Shown piece after piece: positions 57,785-64,000 of a stretch of DNA of 64,000 nt. The position numbers and the translations under genes were made by a program. Source of the DNA: Gammaproteobacteria bacterium. GTDB lineage: Bacteria > Pseudomonadota > Gammaproteobacteria > Eutrophobiales > Eutrophobiaceae. The notes beneath the pieces were generated by a model that saw nothing but the letters and a program-made list of their open reading frames with translations, had not been told where the DNA came from and searched no databases. How positions within the stretch are numbered: the first letter of the stretch is position 1; each line of letters begins with the position of its first letter. The stretch covers positions 2,176,001 through 2,240,000 of the forward strand of contig OZ220696.1 in the NCBI GenBank assembly GCA_965116495.1, in the 5' to 3' direction.

Positions 57785-57810
57785 CTGGATTCCTGCTTTG
57801 CAGAAATGAC
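57785..57810. repeat. Degenerate REP-like palindrome
   Basis: CTGGATTCCTGCTTTGCAGAAATGAC. Confidence 0.6.
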
Positions 57811-57847
57811 AGCGGGAACCTGCGTTATAATTTCTTGTGCTTTTTTC

Positions 57848-59968
57848 TCAACGCCCAGGTACCAGGTTTGCCGGCATATACTCCGGGTCGTGGGCGCGTT
57901 TAATGATGTAGGCATGTATAGCGTCTGTTTCAGCTTTCTCCAGGTGCCCGGTAAAGCCGGGCATGCCTTTTGCCAGGCGCGCGCCGCCCAGGACGATTGC
58001 GTCCCAGAGAGTATGGGTGGCCGTATCCATGTAGCGTAAATCCGGGAGGACGCCGGCGCTGATACCGGCATCACCGTGGCAACGGGAGCAGTACTGGTGG
58101 TACAGCAGCTTGCCCAGGACTACGGTGTCAGCATCGGCTGTGTGCGCCGGTGGCGCCGGTGGTTCAGGTAACGGCGGGAGCGGCGGCAGTTCAGCGGTGC
58201 CGTCCAACGTGTAGGCCACGATACGGTTCAGCGCCCGCGCCCCGGCCCACTTGGCAACGATGCCTGATTCAATGCCGAAGGCCGTCCCGTAACCGGCCAT
58301 CACCGCCACGTACTGTTTGCCGCCCACCTGGTAGGTGACCGGCCCGGCCAGCACCGCGGTCTGGGCGTCGTGAGCCCAGAGACGTTCACCGCTGTCGGCA
58401 GCATAGGCGATAAACTCGCCATGGGAGGTGCCCTGGAACACCAGGTTACCGGCGGTCGCCAGCACGCCGCCGTTCCAGGCGATCGGGTGCTCCACGGTCC
58501 AGCGCGCCTGTTGTTCCAGGGGATCCCAGGCCAGCAGGTAACCCTTGAGCAGTTCGGAAATCCCTTTCTGGATTGCCGGGTCTTCCGGCATGGAGGCGAT
58601 GACCGGGTCCAGGCCGGTGTTCACCGTGACCTTGCTGAACTCGAACTGTTCCACTTCCTTGTACACCCAGGGCAGGTCCTGCGCCGGGATATAAACCAGC
58701 CCGGTGCCGGGGTGGTAGGCCATCGGATGCCAATTGTGGCCGCCGGGCGCAGCCGGCGAACTGGCGAACTCGCCGTCCTGGTAGCGGGCATTGGGCGCTT
58801 CGACGGGACGCCCGGTACGCATGTCGATGCGCAAGGCCCAGGTCACCTCGACGAAAGGCTCGGCCGACAGCAGTTCGCCGTCGGTCCGGTCGATGACGTA
58901 GAAGAACCCGTTTTTCGGCGCTTGCATGAGCACCTTGCGCGGTTCGCCGTCAATCTCCAGGTCCGCCAGCATGATATGTTGTGTGGCGGTGAAGTCCCAG
59001 GTATCGCCGGGCGCGGTCTGGTAGTGCCAGACGTATTTGCCTGTGTCCGCATCCAGGGCGACGATGGACGCCAGGAACAGGTTGTCACCGCCGCCCGGAC
59101 TGCGCACGCGCCGGTTCCAGGGGGTGCCGTTGCCTACACCCAGGTATACAAGGTTCAGTTCCGGGTCATAGCTGATGGCATCCCATACGGTGCCGCCACC
59201 GCCGTATTGCCACCACTCACCGGTCCAGGTCTCTGCGGCCTGTTCCAGGATGGGGTTTTCAAAGGGCAGTGCAGGATCGCCGGGTACCGTGTAGAAACGC
59301 CACACCTGCTCGCCGGTTGCAGCATCATAGGCCGTGACGAAACCCCGTGCGTCAAACTCTGCGCCGCCATTGCCGATAAGCACCTTGCCGTTGACGACCC
59401 GGGGGGCGCCGGTGATGGTGTAGCGCAGGTCGCCCGGCGTGGTCTGCACCGACCAGACTTCCTCGCCGCTTGCAATATCCAGCGCTATCAGCCTGCCGTC
59501 CAGCGTACCCACGTAAACCATGTCGCGCCACAGCGCAAGGCCGCGGTTGACCACGTCGCAACAGGCATCGATGCCTTTCTGTGGCGGCACCTGGGGGTCG
59601 TATTCCCACAGCAGTTCGCCGGCGGCGGCATCCAGCGCATAGACCCGGCTCCAGGTGCCGGTGGTGTACATGCGCCCTTCTGCGATCAGGGGCGTTGCTT
59701 CCAACCCGCGTTTGCTGGGCAGATCCAGGTGCCAGGCAAGTTTCAGTTGCGCCACGTTCTGCGCATTGATTTCACCCAGTGGACTGTAGCGTTGTTCACT
59801 GTAAGTGCGGCCGTGGTTCAACCAGTTGTGGGGTTCCGTATCGGCATTCACGAGGCGCTCATCACTGACCCCGGCGGTATCGGAGTCCTGCGGCGCTTCG
59901 CTGCGGTCGCAGGCGGCTAGCAGCAGGCATACAATAAAAAATCCGGTCGATACAAAACGAGCGCTCAT
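57848..59968 (-). CDS. Type II quinohemoprotein (PQQ + cytochrome c) alcohol dehydrogenase, lipoprotein-like
   Basis: LLAAC lipobox, ACCDVVNRG, WHYQTAPGDTWDF, KNGFFYVIDR, C-terminal CSRCH. Confidence 0.93.
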   Translation of the reverse strand: MSARFVSTGFFIVCLLLAACDRSEAPQDSDTAGVSDERLVNADTEPHNWLNHGRTYSEQRYSPLGEINAQNVAQLKLAWHLDLPSKRGLEATPLIAEGRMYTTGTWSRVYALDAAAGELLWEYDPQVPPQKGIDACCDVVNRGLALWRDMVYVGTLDGRLIALDIASGEEVWSVQTTPGDLRYTITGAPRVVNGKVLIGNGGAEFDARGFVTAYDAATGEQVWRFYTVPGDPALPFENPILEQAAETWTGEWWQYGGGGTVWDAISYDPELNLVYLGVGNGTPWNRRVRSPGGGDNLFLASIVALDADTGKYVWHYQTAPGDTWDFTATQHIMLADLEIDGEPRKVLMQAPKNGFFYVIDRTDGELLSAEPFVEVTWALRIDMRTGRPVEAPNARYQDGEFASSPAAPGGHNWHPMAYHPGTGLVYIPAQDLPWVYKEVEQFEFSKVTVNTGLDPVIASMPEDPAIQKGISELLKGYLLAWDPLEQQARWTVEHPIAWNGGVLATAGNLVFQGTSHGEFIAYAADSGERLWAHDAQTAVLAGPVTYQVGGKQYVAVMAGYGTAFGIESGIVAKWAGARALNRIVAYTLDGTAELPPLPPLPEPPAPPAHTADADTVVLGKLLYHQYCSRCHGDAGISAGVLPDLRYMDTATHTLWDAIVLGGARLAKGMPGFTGHLEKAETDAIHAYIIKRAHDPEYMPANLVPGR

Positions 59969-60018
59969 GGTTATAATTATATTGCAAAAACAATCAATGA
60001 AAAACGACGCGGAGATTC

Positions 60019-61302
60019 ATGGCTGACACACCTATCAGAGAGATGGAAGACAACATCGACGGATTGAATAAACGCCTGGAACCGTATCCCGACTACCTGA
60101 AGGCGGAACTGGGCCTGCGCAACCACTGGTACGCCGCGCTGTTCGGCCATGAACTGGAAGAAGGGAAATGCAAGGGTGAGATGATAATGGGGGAACGGAT
60201 CCTGTTCAAACGGGTTGACAGCGATGTGTACGCCATCGCTGATCGGTGCCCCCATCGCGGCGCGGCCTTTTCCGCCCGGCCCGAATGCTATACGAAAAAC
60301 ACGGTGACCTGCTGGTTCCATGGTTTTACCATCGATGTGCGGGATGGGATGCTCGTGCAGATCGTTACCGACCCGGACAGCAGGCTGATCGGCAGGCTCA
60401 AGCACAAGACTTACCCGGTCAGGGAGATTAACGGGGTTGTCTTTGTGTTCATGGGCGACATGGACCCGCCGCCGCCCATAGAACAGGACCTGCAGCCTAA
60501 ATTCCTGCGGCCCAAACTGGCGTTCCACCCGGTCGCCCGCAACAAGTTCCGGGCCAACTGGCGCATTGCCGCGGAGAACGGTTTCGACGCCGCCCACCTG
60601 TACGCCCACCGCAAGGCCGGCATATTCGATTTCACCGATGCCAGCATGCCCCTCTCCAGTTTCCCGAAAACACCGGATTCACTGGAGATCATCGACAACG
60701 ACGAGGGTCCCTGGGGCATCGTCAAGGTGGATGACTACACGGTCTGGACGACGGAGATCGAGGGCAAGACCGTGAACGCGGTGAACCTGGACCCGGACAA
60801 CATCCCTCCCCCGGATGTGCCCCAGGAGACCGTTGTCGGCATTTATCTGCCCTGCGGACTGGAAGTGGACTGGTGGCCGGCCCCCGGGGTGCTGCACTTT
60901 GAGTGGTTCACACCCATCGACGAAGACCACCACATGTATTTTATCTGCCATGCCACCGAAGTGAATTCGGAAGAGGAAGCAGAAGCCTTCTACAAGACCT
61001 GCCGGGAAGAATACATACCGGTCACCTGGAAGGCGGCAACGGACCAGGCCGCGCCCATGGGTGACGGCACCGAATGGGGTTTCAACAACTTCGACGCCTT
61101 CGGACGGGAGCAGATCCACCATGTGTATCAATACGAAGACTTCTGGCACCAGGAAAAACTGATCCGCCCCGACATGACCGTATCGAAATGGCGCATGCTG
61201 GCCAACAAGCGCATGCGCGGCATACAGCAGCGCCGGGGCTGGGCCAGGATGCAAGGCTGGTCGCCGGACGGGCAGGACTATGACCCGAAGAAGACCTGGT
61301 AG
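60019..61302 (+). CDS. Rieske non-heme iron oxygenase, CarAa/OxoO-like
   Basis: LGLRNHWY, CPHRG..ECYTKNTVTCWFHG, ENGFDAAHLYAH, GFNNFD. Confidence 0.85.
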   Translation: MADTPIREMEDNIDGLNKRLEPYPDYLKAELGLRNHWYAALFGHELEEGKCKGEMIMGERILFKRVDSDVYAIADRCPHRGAAFSARPECYTKNTVTCWFHGFTIDVRDGMLVQIVTDPDSRLIGRLKHKTYPVREINGVVFVFMGDMDPPPPIEQDLQPKFLRPKLAFHPVARNKFRANWRIAAENGFDAAHLYAHRKAGIFDFTDASMPLSSFPKTPDSLEIIDNDEGPWGIVKVDDYTVWTTEIEGKTVNAVNLDPDNIPPPDVPQETVVGIYLPCGLEVDWWPAPGVLHFEWFTPIDEDHHMYFICHATEVNSEEEAEAFYKTCREEYIPVTWKAATDQAAPMGDGTEWGFNNFDAFGREQIHHVYQYEDFWHQEKLIRPDMTVSKWRMLANKRMRGIQQRRGWARMQGWSPDGQDYDPKKTW

Positions 61303-61318
61303 ATGTTGGGTTTACCTT

Positions 61319-61386
61319 GGGGACGGACTTACGTTCGTCCCCGGATGAGTCTGGGACTGTTTGGGGACGGACTTAAGTCCGTCCCC
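61319..61386. repeat. Two REP-like family 2 palindromes
   Basis: Imperfect copy 61319-61342 and perfect GGGGACGGACTTAAGTCCGTCCCC at 61363-61386. Confidence 0.85.
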
Positions 61387-61429
61387 AGATACGTACGGGG
61401 ATAACGAAAAACAATAGAGACTGAATAAA

Positions 61430-62056
61430 ATGACTGACAAAATTGAGCTTTTGACAAAAGACCTGTTCGGCCTGGAGTACTGGCCGGCGCTGCCCGCTTT
61501 CCTCATCTCAACCGCGGATGAAACAGGCACACCGCACCTGGCGCCTTACAGCCTGGTGTTCTTTCCGTCCTATACCAACGTTGCTGAAGACGAAGATACG
61601 CCCAAGATCATTTCACTGGTCATCGGTGATTACGATACCTTTGCCGGCGCAAAAGAGTCCCGTACCTACCGGAATATCGCGAATACCAAAGAGTTTGTCG
61701 TCAACGTGCCCACTGCGAAAATAGTCAACCAGTTAAATACCACCGTGTTCCCGGCCGACGATAAATTCGCGGCATCCGGGTTGACCCCGGAACCCTCGGC
61801 AAAAACAGCGGCGCCCGCGGTGGCGGAATGCCCGGTGAACTACGAATGCGAACTGCTGAGGGTGGAAGAACACCGCTGGCTGGGCGAAGTCATACACGGG
61901 AAAGTCGTCGCGGTACGGGTCGATACATCTTTGCACAACACCCCCGCCAAAGACCGCATGGCGTCCCTGGCGCCCGTCCTGCACTATGCCTACGACCATT
62001 ACAACGGCACCTACTACGGCCTTGGAGACGTGCTGCTGGAAGAGATAGAGGAATAA
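61430..62056 (+). CDS. Flavin reductase-like (DIM6/NTAB) protein
   Basis: HLAPYS, TYRNIANTKEFVVNVP, GLTPEPS..PAVAECPVNYEC. Confidence 0.85.
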   Translation: MTDKIELLTKDLFGLEYWPALPAFLISTADETGTPHLAPYSLVFFPSYTNVAEDEDTPKIISLVIGDYDTFAGAKESRTYRNIANTKEFVVNVPTAKIVNQLNTTVFPADDKFAASGLTPEPSAKTAAPAVAECPVNYECELLRVEEHRWLGEVIHGKVVAVRVDTSLHNTPAKDRMASLAPVLHYAYDHYNGTYYGLGDVLLEEIEE

Positions 62057-62260
62057 GATATTTGGGGGGATATTTGGGGTCAGAGTAAAAATACCCGACA
62101 TTAAGTCCGCTATATCTGACAAAGCACCGGCCCGGTCAGGTTAAGATAAAGCAGGCCCAGCACCGATGACTTGAACAACGGTGACCGGTCTTTACCCAGT
62201 TCCCCGGGATTAAGTGAATTTAATGTTGTGTCACCTGGATTACCTGAGTTAATATTTGAT

Positions 62261-62282
62261 ATTATGTCATTTTTGACATAAT
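62261..62282. promoter_or_regulatory. Palindromic operator candidate
   Basis: ATTATGTCA-tttt-TGACATAAT upstream of the TA pair. Confidence 0.6.
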
Positions 62283-62291
62283 ATTGCTTTT

Positions 62292-62630
62292 ATGGATGAT
62301 AAGGATAAATCTTTAGTCTGGCTACACGACGAGATAAGAACACCTCCATTTTCAGAAGGTGCCAGAATTGAGGCGGGTTTTTTGCTCAGGCGACTACAGC
62401 GTGGCGACAAGCTGAGTATGCCACAATCCCGACCGATGCCGGAAATCGGAAAACACTGCCATGAATTGAGGATTAATGACAAAAATCTAACCTGGAGAAT
62501 AATGTATCGAATTGCTCGCGATGCGATCGTCTTGCTTGGGGTCTTTGAAAAGAAAACTGGTAAAACACCAAAATATATAATCGACGTTTGTAGAAAACGA
62601 ATGAAGGCGTATGACGATGAAATCAAGTAA
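62292..62630 (+). CDS. RelE-like (Gp49) toxin
   Basis: SRPMPEIGKHCHELRI..WRIMY..FEKKTGKTP. Confidence 0.9.
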   Translation: MDDKDKSLVWLHDEIRTPPFSEGARIEAGFLLRRLQRGDKLSMPQSRPMPEIGKHCHELRINDKNLTWRIMYRIARDAIVLLGVFEKKTGKTPKYIIDVCRKRMKAYDDEIK

Positions 62631-62934
62631 ACGGGAAAAACTTGAAAAAGCCGGCTGGAAAGTTGGTACAGTCGATGAATTCCTGTCTCTTTCCCCTGAA
62701 GAATCAGCTTTTATTGAAATGAAATTGGCATTATGTGATTCAGTTAAATCAATGCGGGCCAAAAAACGCCTCAGCCAAACTGAATTTGCAAAGTTAATTT
62801 CATCCAGTCAATCACGCGTAGCCAAGATTGAAGCGGGCGACCCTTCTGTATCCCTCGACCTGGTAATGAAGTCTCTATTGAGTCTCGGTGCTACTAAAAA
62901 AGATGTAGCCAGGCTTATTGTAGCCGGCAAATAA
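62611..62934 (+). CDS. XRE HTH antitoxin
   Basis: LEKAGWKVGTVDEFL..SSQSRVAKIEAGDPSVSLD. Confidence 0.9.
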   Translation: MTMKSSKREKLEKAGWKVGTVDEFLSLSPEESAFIEMKLALCDSVKSMRAKKRLSQTEFAKLISSSQSRVAKIEAGDPSVSLDLVMKSLLSLGATKKDVARLIVAGK

Positions 62935-62975
62935 TTTAACCTGCCTGAACCGAACCAAGTCAAACGGAGCATGGA

Positions 62976-63266
62976 ATGATTATCGAAAACCAGGAGCAGG
63001 TCACCGAGGCCGTACTGGGCGAACTTGAGCGCATTGAGAATCCTCGTCTGAAGGAAGTACTTAGCGCTGCAGTCCGGCATCTGCACGATCTCGCCCGTGA
63101 AGTGCATCTTACCGAGGCCGAATTTCGCCGTGGATGTACGGTCCTGGCGCAGGCGGGGCAACTGACGAATAAAAGTCATAACGAAATCGTGCTCCTGGCC
63201 GGGACCCTGGGTTTAAGGAGACCAACGGCCGGAGCAGGTAGTGTGGGAGCGCCCTTGACATTATGA
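62976..63266 (+). pseudogene. Intradiol (catechol/hydroxyquinol 1,2-) dioxygenase N-terminal fragment
   Basis: NPRLKEVLSAAVRHLHDLAREVHLTEAE..NEIVLLAGTLG, then unrelated sequence; catalytic domain missing. Confidence 0.75.
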
Positions 63267-63278
63267 CGTTATGACGTT

Positions 63279-63524
63279 ATGATGCCTTACATGAAGACAG
63301 AATCCAAACGGGCAACCATCTATTTTTACCCTGAGCTTCACCATGCATTACGCCTGAAGTCGGTTGAGACAAACCGTTCCATATCGGACATGGTGAACGA
63401 AGCTGTGCAGTTAAGCCTTGCAGAAGATGCGGAAGACCTGGAAGCCATATCAAATCGCGCCAAGGAGCCGAACCTGGTGTTTGAAGACGTAGTAAAGGAT
63501 TTGAAACGTCGTGGAAAAATATAA
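63279..63524 (+). CDS. Ribbon-helix-helix (CopG-like) antitoxin
   Basis: KRATIYF..LHHALRLKS..SISDMVNEAV..EDAEDL; tandem TTATGACG repeats upstream. Confidence 0.85.
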   Translation: MMPYMKTESKRATIYFYPELHHALRLKSVETNRSISDMVNEAVQLSLAEDAEDLEAISNRAKEPNLVFEDVVKDLKRRGKI

Positions 63525-63777
63525 CATCCTTATCAAGCCTTCCGCAGTAAAGGAACTTGAAGCAATCCCCCAAAAGAAAATACGGCAACAAATAATTCGC
63601 CGGATTCAGAGCCTGGCAACAGACCCCTTCCCGCCTGGCGCCAGCAAGCTGGCCGGCAATGATCGATTCAGACTGCGTCAGGGCGCATATAGAATCATCT
63701 ATACAGTATGGAAGCTGCAACTTACGATCAACGTCATCAAGGTCGGACACAGGAAAGATATTTACAGAAATCAATAG
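63511..63777 (+). CDS. RelE/ParE toxin
   Basis: SAVKEL..LATDPFPPGASKL..RLRQGAYRIIY..VGHRKDIY. Confidence 0.9.
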   Translation: MEKYNILIKPSAVKELEAIPQKKIRQQIIRRIQSLATDPFPPGASKLAGNDRFRLRQGAYRIIYTVWKLQLTINVIKVGHRKDIYRNQ

Positions 63778-64000
63778 ACGCGGGGTCGGTCCCTGGACTC
63801 GTCATTCTCGCCGGTCTGCAGCAGTTTCAGCGGCAAAGGGTAGGTTTTAACCTCACCTATCTCCCCCCAGGACCTGGTTTTTGTCCAGATTTCACCCTGC
63901 GGATATTGACTGATCTGTTTGATGTCCTTGGGCCGCAACTGGTTGGTCCATTTGACCTCGACGGGACAGCACTGCCCTTTTTTGATACAGGCGATATCAA
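63771..64000 (-). CDS. C-terminus of a probable AAA/DUF4143-type protein (5' part outside window)
   Basis: My translation: DIACIKKGQCCPVEVKWTNQLRPKDIKQ.. ending at TGA 63771. Confidence 0.5.
   Translation of the reverse strand, partial: DIACIKKGQCCPVEVKWTNQLRPKDIKQISQYPQGEIWTKTRSWGEIGEVKTYPLPLKLLQTGENDESRDRPRVY

Noticed and set aside
58370-59920. 516-aa plus-strand ORF
   Set aside because: Antisense shadow of the GC-rich PQQ dehydrogenase, with no motifs

Overview
Bacterial chromosomal window, probably gammaproteobacterial (yggX-mutY-asmA next to tRNA-Phe, argH, REP-like palindromes). It has five zones. (1) 1-7.6 kb: amide/peptide catabolism genes (DmpA-like peptidase, MFS, dimethylformamidase-large-subunit-like enzyme, TonB receptor, TetR). 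(2) 7.6-23.1 kb: accretion zone downstream of tRNA-Phe(GAA), split by about four degenerate copies of the tRNA 3' end. It holds about seven intact toxin-antitoxin pairs plus remnants and has no recognisable integrase. (3) 23.2-36.3 kb: core genes interrupted by an orphan VirB11 / VirD4-like / TrbM trio. (4) 36.4-54.1 kb: defence island. An SspABCD-type phosphorothioation module lacks sspE, continues into GIY-YIG and DGQHR genes, and faces a convergent PbeABCD-like operon (PLD-SF2 helicase, small protein, SMC-like ATPase, small protein), followed by Fic and AAA genes. (5) 54.2-64 kb: aromatic/amide catabolic genes including a CarAa/OxoO-like Rieske oxygenase, then more TA pairs. The best candidate for an undescribed system is the Ssp + GIY-YIG/DGQHR + Pbe-like combination; second is the integrase-free array of tRNA-Phe att-like sites. 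All calls come from motif recognition by eye, with no database searches.
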